A stretch of 64,000 nt of DNA from the UHGV virus genome UHGV-0289908, one strand, 5' to 3'. This DNA comes from a virus. This document shows positions 29,001-37,800 of this stretch, piece after piece. Both the position numbers and the translations under genes were made by a program. The notes beneath the pieces were generated by a model. It saw only the letters and a program-made list of their open reading frames with translations. It was not told the DNA's origin and searched no databases. Numbering within the stretch: the stretch's first letter is position 1; each line of letters begins with the position of its first letter.

Positions 29001-29464
29001 TGATGATAACCATCCCAATCACTAGAAGCGGTATAATCAATAATTTTTTTCGGCACTAAATTAACCAACGTCTGTCCTTTAAGTTCAACCCCTAAAGCAC
29101 CACTCTCTTTAGTGTCATTAATCGTCACATATTGTCCATCTTCGAACTCGTAAGGTAAAACAACGTCTTGTGAACTAGGTTCTTGGATACAGTTAACCAT
29201 TGTCTTTCCTTTTAAAACACATGAGTTGTAAGCCCCATCAATAGCACTCTCGCTTAAATCAACACTGTCTCCTTCTCCGACTTTAAACATCGCTTTTGAG
29301 CTTTCAATAACAGGGGAATATTTACTACTGTCGCTATTTGTTAACGCTTCTTCAATAGTTGTACCATCGTCCATAGTGACATACTTGGCTTCTGTTAACG
29401 GATACAGAGTAGTCTCACTGCCATCTAAGTTTGTACGATACATTTGAATAGTTTTTGTTGTCAC
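26012..29464 (-). CDS. Putative receptor-binding or tail fibre protein, paralog B (1150 aa, two internal cassettes)
   Basis: Shares the N- and C-terminal domains. Cassette-start motifs IPYFEGMASCKMPILRTIGKNLWN and EPYFEGICDVKSPILSNCGKNLFD. Cassette-end motifs EQGTAPTPYEPYKSSILS and EQGSYPSPYESYKSNILS. Probable GTG start at 29464 after AAAGGAAG. Confidence 0.6.
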   Translation of the reverse strand: MTTKTIQMYRTNLDGSETTLYPLTEAKYVTMDDGTTIEEALTNSDSSKYSPVIESSKAMFKVGEGDSVDLSESAIDGAYNSCVLKGKTMVNCIQEPSSQDVVLPYEFEDGQYVTINDTKESGALGVELKGQTLVNLVPKKIIDYTASSDWDGYHQLVQNSKQSFDQWRALQDLKPNTKYYISCYVETFEVVNNEGYRLNNPSVESIFGDSMIVNGVGRYQWLSTTKSELTDEIFMALRCQNAFARGAIKIRDIMIIEYQEGMEEWDIPYFEGMASCKMPILRTIGKNLWNNYTLERGSINHLSGDNLNQYTTQTRSKDYIPIVQNTKYIATSYGVDGTTSSDLIRYYDSEKKFIGTSPNEKSTFLRTVFQMDIDNISHIQLEQGTAPTPYEPYKSSILSTLEPVELGSVGDVQDTFDLLTGDLTKRVYKIVFDESFKDRNVTVDEFENVYRFGVNADHISNNLSNDYVMKSMCDKFSVDTNYTGDYEHSYYWGAKFYFFISKNKLQGTANSFKTYITDNPITFQTICAEPVHKTVDLKVVDQNGNVIPTLKSWNTTTHIYSEIPENSLYPILSHSNPTYPVILKPSTKYSIVTNSYSNDHTNSAINFNLGGATASTTVGNRVTTITTPSTLSNELLTMSGRGNKLNNVMVIEGDVAGDEPYFEGICDVKSPILSNCGKNLFDGKIELGGIGSNGIPYDSDILQRSMNFTRVSPNTTYKISDASAIDGFNIIEYDFNKNIIERNWIGNKPFTTKTNCHYVKWFNSKVDKERFAIIEQGSYPSPYESYKSNILSANGDKIELTEDMFEQGGTITTVGVLYQNNKESNNARLRLKDIVKVKPNTTYRLKLSDNYQGYVQTYNKEKLSTSNRLVWSNDIMFTTTSSEQYAVISIRYTNNSSISVGVLNSNIITLSEVDKTIVLRSLQNGVCDTLNVETGEYVQRIGEVVFDGSSDEEMWYNSNWANGDYVACYWNVNAMGLPNKKTGAQNMVCDSFPTVTSSIVNTGGIVTREGIWGEAGSSVMYISIKKTKLTELNVTGFRQWVSQNPITVQYELETPIVSTIDVQGFPYAYKDGHVQLSSGSIEQSLTPKVEYSLVANKSGQINSNTKRVSAHQKQLDDFEAMMLTSMVQSAYDKAILQFDYEMQMMSLGGE

Positions 29465-29484
29465 TGTATCACTTCCTTTTTAGC

Positions 29485-29514
29485 ATAATATAAAAGAGGG
29501 TAATTACACCCTCT
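29485..29514 (-). terminator. Rho-independent terminator after the XkdX-like gene
   Basis: On the - strand: AGAGGGT gtaatt ACCCTCT followed by TTTATATTAT. Confidence 0.65.
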
Positions 29515-29538
29515 TGCAATAAAACTTTGATTTTACTG

Positions 29539-29718
29539 TTAGTCTAATTCTGGAATCACAACAGGTTGATAGTGTCGTAAATCTAATAACGACAATAATT
29601 CTTCAACCTCTGCTTCCGTTAAACGACCATTGTTTTTGAATGTCTCAATCTTATGACGAATTTCATCATAGTTGTAAGAGTCTGCATTAATCATTTTTAG
29701 AATCATATTATAAATCAT
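29539..29718 (-). CDS. XkdX-like small protein (59 aa). It is absent from the ORF track.
   Basis: My own translation: MIYNMILKMINADSYNYDEIRHKIETFKNNGRLTEAEVEELLSLLDLRHYQPVVIPELD. RBS GGAGG 6 nt upstream, overlapping the stop of paralog A. Confidence 0.5.
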   Translation of the reverse strand: MIYNMILKMINADSYNYDEIRHKIETFKNNGRLTEAEVEELLSLLDLRHYQPVVIPELD

Positions 29719-29728
29719 GATATTCCTC

Positions 29729-32700
29729 CTATTCGGCTAATGCCATCATTGATAGTTCCATATCAAATTTTAATAAACGTAGATTGTATTCTGCGTTTAC
29801 AAATGATACGATTAGGTTATCTAAATCTAAGATGTCTAATTCGTGACGTTGAAGTGTTTCATTGTTAGCTTGAATCTGTTGCGTTTGGTTCACGTTGTAA
29901 GCAATTTCAACCACTGGAGCAATCTCGCTATTTAAGAAGATGTGTCCGTCTTTATAGATATATGGGAATCCTTCTAGGTCTACTTCTGTGACTACTGGGG
30001 TTTCGAGTTGATAATAAACAGTGGTTGGATTTTTAGATAGCCAACTTCTAAAAGAACTTTCGTCTTTAGTACATCTTAATTGTATGTTTTTATTTTCGTT
30101 CAATGCTATTCCAGATTCGTATTTGTTGTTCCAGTTGCTGTTTGCAGTGCGAACCAAGATATTCTTACAAAGCAGGTGTTCAGAAGCGTCATTGCTATTT
30201 GCTTTTGCATCACGTACATAACATTGGTACAAATATGAGGTAGTGTCGGACGGTGAATCCATGAAGCCCCATATTTCGTTATCAGAGCCATCAAACATAG
30301 CTTTTCCAACCCTTTGAATTAAAGTGGCTTTCTTCTTCATTCGGTCAATGATTAACTCATCACACGCTCCATTAGGAAGACTTCTTAATGGCGATAAAAG
30401 TGGGATTTTAGTGCTATTTGACTTGTAAGGTTCGTAGGTAGTTACTGTGCCACCTTCTTCTAATTGAACATTGTAAATCTTAAATGTTTCATTTAAGATA
30501 GTTCCGTTAGAGAATCTAATTGTAATTTTGTTGGATAATGTGACAAATGAAATGTTGTTTTTGTTAGCCCCCATATTACTTATGCTATTCATATTGGAAG
30601 TGACAAATCCATCGTAGATGGTTGTACAATTCCTCTGCATTATATTTCTTTCTAGTGATAAGGTGTAACTGGTGTTTGGTTTCACATAAAAATGATAATA
30701 CGCTGCTCCCTTATATGTGCTTGAAGCATTCCATTCAATGAAGTTATCTCCAATAATCACTTCGTTTTTGTCATAATTTCCTAAGTAGTCGTATTCCGAT
30801 AGTTTTCTGTCAAACAAGTTCTTCCCAGTCGATAAAACTTCAATTTTACTTTCATCTTCAAACGCAGACTTAATACCTTTGAAATAAGGTAGTGCTTTTG
30901 AAGTTAAATCTCCTTCAAGAATCATTAAATCATTAACCCAACCTGTTGTATAAAATAAATTATTTACTGGAAGTTGTCCACTATTAAACGGTCTACTTAT
31001 CATATATCCAATTTCTTGACCATTATGTGCAACAAAAGCACCGTTCCCTGCACTTAATTTCATAGTGTATACGCTATTGGCTTTCATCAAGTCCATATGA
31101 TATGAGTTGCTTGTAGGAACTTCATAATTAAGACTAGGAATTAATGAACCTTCTTCACTTGAAAGTTGAATATGACCATTAGAGAATGATAACACCTCAG
31201 TGATTGAGTTTTCTTTTGAAGTAGTAGTTTGATACCATACTGTAATAGGGTTTTGAGATAAGTATTGTTTTAAGCCATTCACATCTTGAGTCGGTAGATT
31301 GTTATTTAGCACCCTAACATGGATTGAATTTAATGTACTATTGATTATGATACCCTGTACATTATCAATGTTCCACACACTCTTGTTCTCCATACCATTT
31401 ACAATGCAATTTTGAGTTGAAGCAATTGGGGATAAAGGTATTGTAAAATACTTTGAATTTTGTTGTGTTTGACTATCTACAATAGTCCAACCAGTTTCAC
31501 TTCCATCTAATACAACTTTTTCCCAATTGCCATAACTAGATAAATCAACTGTTTTATGAACTGGTTCTGCTAGTCGATAGTATATTTTAGTCCCTATAAC
31601 TTTAGCCTTAAATGCTTCTAAATCATCACCTGTCTCATATATAACAAAGTTTCCTAGGTTTTGATAGATACCAAAATCAGTATTAGCAGGAGCACCATGT
31701 GAAACTTTATCAGCTAGGAAGTTATCTGAAGAGTAACTTGATATTTTATCTGTTAGATTTCCCACAATACAAGTACATTTTCCATCAAGTAAAGTTGTTG
31801 AAAATGAATCTTCTTCAGTTACAATACGTTCTCCATAATAGTTAGTCAATTCACCAGTTAGTAAGTTCAATTCATCTTGTACGTCACCAACTCCACGTAA
31901 TTCTAAATCACTTGGAGTAGATAAAATGTTTGATTTATAGGGTTCATAGGTTGTAGCAACAGCACCTTCTTCTACCTGTAATTCTTTGAAGTATACAACA
32001 GGGTTAGAATCAATTGACGAAAAAGTAAAGGTTATATAATCTACTTTTTTCCCAGCTTCACTTTTATTAGCTATAATAACTGGATTATTTTCATCACTAG
32101 AATTTAAAAAGGCACAATCTTTTGTTGTTCCATCTGTATATACAAATCTAAAACGTCCATTCATTACATTTTTTGAATATCCTTTACAAGATAATGTTAT
32201 TTGTCCATCATAATCAATATAGACCTTTTTTGATAGCAGTGTTGATGGATTATCATAGTAGTACCCATTTGAATACTGTTCGGTAAAATCAAGAATATTG
32301 ACCATATTCTTACCAGTAGTTTGTAAAACAGGCATTCTAACGCTCTGCATACCTTCAAAATAAGGAATGTCTACATTTGTGTAGTCACCAATTAAAATCA
32401 TTACATCACTTACATCTATTACCCCAACATTATCATCAATATATAAATTTATCGCTTCTAAATCAATAGGGGTTTGATGACAAACATTAATATAATACTC
32501 ACCTGTTGGATGAGAGTTATAGTTTCTTAATGTAGGGTATCTATCGCCAGTAGTAGTGGTGGCTGCATTTTGTTTAAAATGTGCTTTTAGATTACCAGTT
32601 ATTCCATTTATTGTGTTTGTTTTTAATTTAAAAGTTATATATGTTCCACTAGGGATAGTATATGGAATTTTACAAGCATACGTTCTTGAACTACCATTAC

Positions 32701-33145
32701 CAATTGTTGAATCTAATGTTTCATTTCTTTGTCCATTGTTCAAATTCACCAACGTATTACCTTTTAAAATCGCACTTTTAGCCACTCCATCAACTACATT
32801 TACATTTTCATAGCCCTCATTGAGTTTTTGCATTGACTTCCCATTTGTCATGCTATTTCTTAAACTTGGTTCTGGTAAAATGTTTTGGTAGGTCTTCCCC
32901 TTAATGACCACTTTTGACGATTCTCCGTCTACCACACTAGATGACACATTAACGTCACCCGCTCCTACCTTAAAACTTGTTTCTTCGTGAACAACCGTTG
33001 GTGTTGTTAAATCATTGTCTAAAACTTTTTGTAAGTCATTACCATCTGACAGGATGACACAGTTGGCACTGGTCTCTGGACTTGCTTCAATGGTCTTATC
33101 TCGGTCAGTATATAACTGTATTTTCTTACTTGCCATATGTATCAC
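29729..33145 (-). CDS. Putative receptor-binding or tail fibre protein, paralog A (1138 aa, two internal cassettes)
   Basis: Shares the N-terminus (KIQLYT...E(T/S)SFKVGAGD...VIKGKT) and the C-terminal domain. Cassette motifs IPYFEGMQSVRMPVLQTTGKNMVN, LPYFKGIKS...STGKNLFD, TTYEPYKSNILSTPSDLELRGVGDVQDELNLLTGELT and TTYEPYKSNSTKIP. Confidence 0.6.
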   Translation of the reverse strand: MIHMASKKIQLYTDRDKTIEASPETSANCVILSDGNDLQKVLDNDLTTPTVVHEETSFKVGAGDVNVSSSVVDGESSKVVIKGKTYQNILPEPSLRNSMTNGKSMQKLNEGYENVNVVDGVAKSAILKGNTLVNLNNGQRNETLDSTIGNGSSRTYACKIPYTIPSGTYITFKLKTNTINGITGNLKAHFKQNAATTTTGDRYPTLRNYNSHPTGEYYINVCHQTPIDLEAINLYIDDNVGVIDVSDVMILIGDYTNVDIPYFEGMQSVRMPVLQTTGKNMVNILDFTEQYSNGYYYDNPSTLLSKKVYIDYDGQITLSCKGYSKNVMNGRFRFVYTDGTTKDCAFLNSSDENNPVIIANKSEAGKKVDYITFTFSSIDSNPVVYFKELQVEEGAVATTYEPYKSNILSTPSDLELRGVGDVQDELNLLTGELTNYYGERIVTEEDSFSTTLLDGKCTCIVGNLTDKISSYSSDNFLADKVSHGAPANTDFGIYQNLGNFVIYETGDDLEAFKAKVIGTKIYYRLAEPVHKTVDLSSYGNWEKVVLDGSETGWTIVDSQTQQNSKYFTIPLSPIASTQNCIVNGMENKSVWNIDNVQGIIINSTLNSIHVRVLNNNLPTQDVNGLKQYLSQNPITVWYQTTTSKENSITEVLSFSNGHIQLSSEEGSLIPSLNYEVPTSNSYHMDLMKANSVYTMKLSAGNGAFVAHNGQEIGYMISRPFNSGQLPVNNLFYTTGWVNDLMILEGDLTSKALPYFKGIKSAFEDESKIEVLSTGKNLFDRKLSEYDYLGNYDKNEVIIGDNFIEWNASSTYKGAAYYHFYVKPNTSYTLSLERNIMQRNCTTIYDGFVTSNMNSISNMGANKNNISFVTLSNKITIRFSNGTILNETFKIYNVQLEEGGTVTTYEPYKSNSTKIPLLSPLRSLPNGACDELIIDRMKKKATLIQRVGKAMFDGSDNEIWGFMDSPSDTTSYLYQCYVRDAKANSNDASEHLLCKNILVRTANSNWNNKYESGIALNENKNIQLRCTKDESSFRSWLSKNPTTVYYQLETPVVTEVDLEGFPYIYKDGHIFLNSEIAPVVEIAYNVNQTQQIQANNETLQRHELDILDLDNLIVSFVNAEYNLRLLKFDMELSMMALAE

Positions 33146-33834
33146 CCCTCAATAATTCTGTAAAATGGCATGTTGTTAATTTGGTCTTGCAGATTAATCG
33201 CTACTTGCTCTTGCATGGCTAGATTCTTCCAAGTTTGAAATTCGTCTGCTCGTGCAGTTTGAGCTTGATTAAAGGCATTGTTAAAATCCTGCGATTGTGA
33301 ATTAAATGCCTGTTCAAACTTTTTTTCAGTGGTACTCACTGCACTGTCCACTCGCTCATTTGCTTGCTCTGCTTTCAATAGAGCGCTTGTAAGATTCGAC
33401 AACTCATTTGAAGATTCAATGGTATCTGCATCATGAATAGAATCTCCTACGTTAATGATAAACAATGGGAAACTTAGTACCGACCCATCATTACCTGTTT
33501 TAACAACCTCACATTCAATACTTGGAGGTAAAGCCAATGCTTGACGTGTAAATGAGAAGTTTACCACTCCTGCGTCTGCGTCTAAGTCATGTCCTTCCAT
33601 CACTACAACCGTACCGTCCTTCTTACGAACATATAAGTCTACACGACTATTGTGTAACTTGACAGGATACAGCATATTCTTGGTTAATGATACTTGCATA
33701 ATACGACTCATGTGGTCTGCTTGCTTAAGCGTAATTGTTTTGGTTGTTCCCGTGTGTAAGTCTAAAACAACCTCAATCATTTCTTTGTCTATTTCTTCTT
33801 CCATGATTGCACGCATTTTATCTCTTAAACTCAT
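33142..33834 (-). CDS. Hypothetical baseplate- or fibre-associated protein (N-terminal beta-rich domain plus C-terminal coiled coil)
   Basis: Overlaps the start of paralog A by 4 nt, which suggests translational coupling. No motif recognised. Confidence 0.35.
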   Translation of the reverse strand: MSLRDKMRAIMEEEIDKEMIEVVLDLHTGTTKTITLKQADHMSRIMQVSLTKNMLYPVKLHNSRVDLYVRKKDGTVVVMEGHDLDADAGVVNFSFTRQALALPPSIECEVVKTGNDGSVLSFPLFIINVGDSIHDADTIESSNELSNLTSALLKAEQANERVDSAVSTTEKKFEQAFNSQSQDFNNAFNQAQTARADEFQTWKNLAMQEQVAINLQDQINNMPFYRIIEG

Positions 33835-33848
33835 TGTAGCACTCCTTT

Positions 33849-34367
33849 CTATTTGTTTTGTAGCTCTTCGATTGCATTGAGTAATAGGTCAATTTGTCGT
33901 TGTTGTTTACGAACAAACTTGCATAGCTCATCAATCTGTTTCTGTGTAGAAGTGTTCGACTCAGTGTCCAAAGAGCGACTAATGGTTTGCACATGTGTTA
34001 ATGCGTCACTCAGCTTTGACCCATCTTCCATAACAATACGACTGCTGTGAATCAACTTGTATCCACGACCATAGTAAGTTACTTCTACAATTTTTGCCCC
34101 TTGCGAATGATGAAAATAAACAACTCCCCCATTATAATCCACATGGTAAGAATCTTCCGTAAGTTTAGAACGGTGGTCTACTTCATGATAAAGTTTCCCC
34201 TCCATGTCAACCACTGACAGTCGATGAAAACTGTCTGGAATCTCATCTAATTGAATGTTAAAATAGACAGGAGATACTTGTTGAACCTCCTGTTTGTGGA
34301 TTGCGATAGGATTGCCATTGACATCTGTATTCCAATTCATTAAATATGGATTGATGTTTGTTAGCAT
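33849..34367 (-). CDS. Tail protein that is a paralog of the N-terminal ~130 aa of the 1326-aa tail protein (a docking-domain paralog)
   Basis: MLTNINPYLMNWNTDVNGNPIAIHKQEVQQVSP...YHVDYNGGVVYFHHSQGAKIVEVTYYGRGYKLIHSSRI aligns with MLLNNNSLIMQWNRDENGNPISWHIPTETQQISP...FYVDYGVGIVQFHKSQHGKMVMVNYYGRGVILISDSRI. Confidence 0.45.
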   Translation of the reverse strand: MLTNINPYLMNWNTDVNGNPIAIHKQEVQQVSPVYFNIQLDEIPDSFHRLSVVDMEGKLYHEVDHRSKLTEDSYHVDYNGGVVYFHHSQGAKIVEVTYYGRGYKLIHSSRIVMEDGSKLSDALTHVQTISRSLDTESNTSTQKQIDELCKFVRKQQRQIDLLLNAIEELQNK

Positions 34368-34378
34368 ATAATCACTTC

Positions 34379-34540
34379 CTATTCATTTGTTTGCTGTGGT
34401 TTTTCGAATTTAGCTTTTAACTGGGTAAGCTCTTCTCGTACTTGCTCTAGTTCTGCCTTATATAAATTTTTGTCAATCGTTAATTGAGCAATCTCTTGTG
34501 ATAAAGACTGAATTGTTTTAATTAATACTTGCTCGTTCAT
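34379..34540 (-). CDS. Small coiled-coil protein (53 aa). It is absent from the ORF track.
   Basis: My own translation: MNEQVLIKTIQSLSQEIAQLTIDKNLYKAELEQVREELTQLKAKFEKPQQTNE. RBS GGAGG 6 nt upstream. Confidence 0.3.
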   Translation of the reverse strand: MNEQVLIKTIQSLSQEIAQLTIDKNLYKAELEQVREELTQLKAKFEKPQQTNE

Positions 34541-34573
34541 GTTCATCCTCCTTTTAATTTAAAACAAAGACCC

Positions 34574-34822
34574 TTATTGTTGGGTCTTTGCAAGATATTT
34601 ATTCATGACCTCGTCTGTCCAAACAGACTTTACAATATTCATGTAGTAGTCATCCAAAATTTCTTTTGCATAATCTAAGTATGCGGGATGAGGTTCTAAA
34701 CAACATCCCCAATTATCTTGACCAATTTCCATTCCATCTTTTAGATAGTGTGTGATGACGACCACATTAATGCGACCGTCATCTAATATTTCTAATTTTG
34801 TTTCTTTTTCCTCAGTAAACAT
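34574..34822 (-). CDS. Hypothetical protein (82 aa). Its stop codon is embedded in a terminator hairpin.
   Basis: The ORF, plus a - strand hairpin AAAGACCC aacaataa GGGTCTTT followed by GTTTTAAATT at 34561-34589. Confidence 0.35.
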   Translation of the reverse strand: MFTEEKETKLEILDDGRINVVVITHYLKDGMEIGQDNWGCCLEPHPAYLDYAKEILDDYYMNIVKSVWTDEVMNKYLAKTQQ

Positions 34823-34844
34823 TTTACACTCTCCTTATATTTAT

Positions 34845-37800
34845 TTATCTCCATCTATAAATAGCACTAAAGTTTACGTCAACATTTCCTGTTCCCAAGT
34901 GCACACATTTTAACTGTTGCCAGCCAGAGTTACGAAGGGTGAAGTTTAGAACAATGTGACCTGCCCCACCTTCTACATATCCGTTAATTCCATAGGTTAA
35001 GCCATTCATTGCGTCAGTTACCCCTCCAAAGAATCCGATTGTTACAGGAGGGTAGTTCCATAAGCTCGATACAGGCAATCCCCCGATAGCAACCCCTCCA
35101 GAATGACCTCCTTTTGAAGCGATAACACGACCTTGAACAAAGACTAAATCTCCTAAATACACAGCTTGTCCTACTGCACTTGACGTTGTAAAGTTACCTG
35201 TGTCTGCATATAAGAACGGAGTAAAACTTTGTCGCCAATTATGAGGGACTGTTGCCCCATCATAAGATAGTCTGCTATCATCGTGCATGACAAGAAACTG
35301 ACCTCCTACCCCATTTTTCATAAATGAAGCATTTAAACTGTCATTGCGACCTATTTCTGTATATTGAGATAAATCGTCTCCTCGGGATATTCTTATGCGA
35401 CTTCGAGTACCTGCTGTGTCAATGCGAACATCTACGTCATTGGTTGAGTTAGGGTTGTGCAAATCAATATAACGACCGATTTCTATTGGAAGTGCATAAT
35501 TGGTTTGAAGAAATGAAGCTCCATACACTCCACCCTTACTTGTAATAGCACCTTGTGCAATGATTTCCCCATTGGCTCTAATATGTGTCCCTGCATTCAG
35601 TTCTCCTGTTGTAGACACTAGGTTGTCCATAATTACAGTTCTCAATGTATCTTTCGTATTGCACACCTTGATTTGGTGAGGTTCTACTGTTGCTACGCCT
35701 GTATTTACTTGGTACTCCCCGAGCTTTTCTAGTCTTATTCCTTCAATAGAAGTATGGATTCCTTGTGACCAACTATTGAGTGTTCCGTCATCGTAGCCAG
35801 ATTTTCCATGGAATCCATAACCATCTGCCCAATAGTATCCGTCCATTTTGGGATTATAGTCTGGAGAGGTGGCAAAGACAATATTTTTTGCATACAGCCC
35901 TTCCTTGTCCGCTCTAAATAGAGCGTCATTGGAAGCATTTAAAACAGAGATGTATCCATTACCGTTGGTGCTTCCTCCTGCAACAAAGTTAGTTCCTTTG
36001 AACGTACCAGAGGTAATTGTATCTGCCACGATTGTCCCAGTTGTAATCTTGCTACCATTAATTGTAGTTGACCCACCATTAATGATAGAAACAATACTAT
36101 TTGCACTTAAAACATCCGCATGTAACTTGTTGGCAGTGATTGAACCATCTACAATTAACTCTCCACCTGCCATACGAGTAACTTGAATATTACGAACCTT
36201 TAGTGTTCCACTAAAAGGTGTCCATCCCTCACATTGAATGAACACTCTAAATTTACGAGAAGCGGCAGGTAAGATTACAGAAGATGATACAGTCTTCGTC
36301 TCATTTGTTACCCTATCACTGTATAGATAATGTATAGCCTTGCCAGTGCCATCATAGGCAACAATTCCAATGGCTACCCCACGGTAAGATGAGTCAGTTC
36401 CTCCGTCGGTTGAAGCTCCCATCATAGTGGTTGAGATGTCTCCTTTTAATCTGAACGCTTCTCCACCATTGCAAGTGTAGTAGTCTGAAATATAGCTGTT
36501 TCTGGTGAGAGTACCTTTAACAAACCATTTTCCATCTGCTTCGGCTGACCCCGGTGTAAAACCATATTTTGTAGCGGTATTATCATTTAACTGTGCGTAG
36601 TTGGTGAAGTCTCCAATAGCCAACCTATCGGCAGTAATGCTTTTGGCTTTGATATATTCTCCGTTAATCCAAACCTTACCACCATCTAAGAAGATACCTT
36701 GTGTAGCCCCATTATTAGTTAACTTATTGAAGATATCTGCCTGTGTCTGACCGTTTACCTTGTCTTGAGCAATATTCCCTGCTTCCGTTGAAGTGGTATA
36801 GTCCATTGCTTTGCCCCAGTCGCTTGCTGTGTAGCTTCCCGAAGCTCTGGCAGTTTTACAGATTTTTAAATCTCCCGTACCAGAAAGATTTGTTACCCAT
36901 AAGTCTCCTACCTCATATGGAGTGGTAGGTGTTGAAGTAAACACACGCTTTTTAGACGTTGCTAAGTTTTTAGCATTCTCTGCGTCTGCGTCTGTCAATT
37001 TGACCCAACCCGTTCCAGAATAACGATACGTAACCTTGGTTGATGTATTGTACCAGATGTCTCCAGTATGAGCCGTTTTTAGCTCTGTGGTCGTCCAAGC
37101 AGTTGCAGGGTCGCTAGATTGTGCCCATGTTTCCACTTTTCCATCTACTTGCGTTTGTAGTCCATCAAGTGCGGTGTCAACTTCTTTTTTCAAGTCATTT
37201 GTCAATTTATCCGCATGTTCCTTAGTCTTTGTTGCCACAGAATCCAATATTGCTTGACGCTGTGTATAGTATGCGTTAAATTTAGCATTGAACTCCGAAG
37301 GAGTAATTGTGACGGTTGTTGAGCTTGATAGATTCAATGTTCCCACATATGTTTCTAACGCATTGTACGCACTGATAAAGTTTGTGGTTGAAATACTATA
37401 AACATTTGCTTGATTAATAATTGATGATTTCTCTAGTTTGATTTCTTCCCAGTCACGTAAAACTTGCTGTTTCTCAGAAGCAGTTAACTTACTATCACTT
37501 GCGATTTCATTTAGCTTTGTTGTTGCATTCTGTGCTTCGGTCTTCGCACTGTTCGCAGTGCTTTGAGCCGACTCTGCTACATTCTTTGCACTTTCCACAT
37601 CTGCCATTACATCCTCTGGAGCAGGCGACCAACCAGTCACTCTGTTCCCCTTGACAATAATCATTTCAGATACTGTAATAGAACCAACAAAGTTGTCCAT
37701 TCTAATTTGAAGTCCTGTAAACCCTTTTGTTTCATCGGTTGGGATGGTGACAGTATGGGTAATAGTTCCACCAGTATTTGAAGCAACATTGATGGTAGGA

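Noticed and set aside
24256-33145. A shufflon or invertible fibre-switching system driven by the nearby tyrosine recombinase
   Set aside because: All three fibre paralogs are complete genes in direct orientation, each with its own N-terminus. A shufflon would have one constant 5' segment followed by inverted alternative 3' segments. I saw no flanking inverted repeats by eye. The recombinase is therefore more simply explained as the phage integrase. The possibility is kept as a low-probability alternative in the findings.
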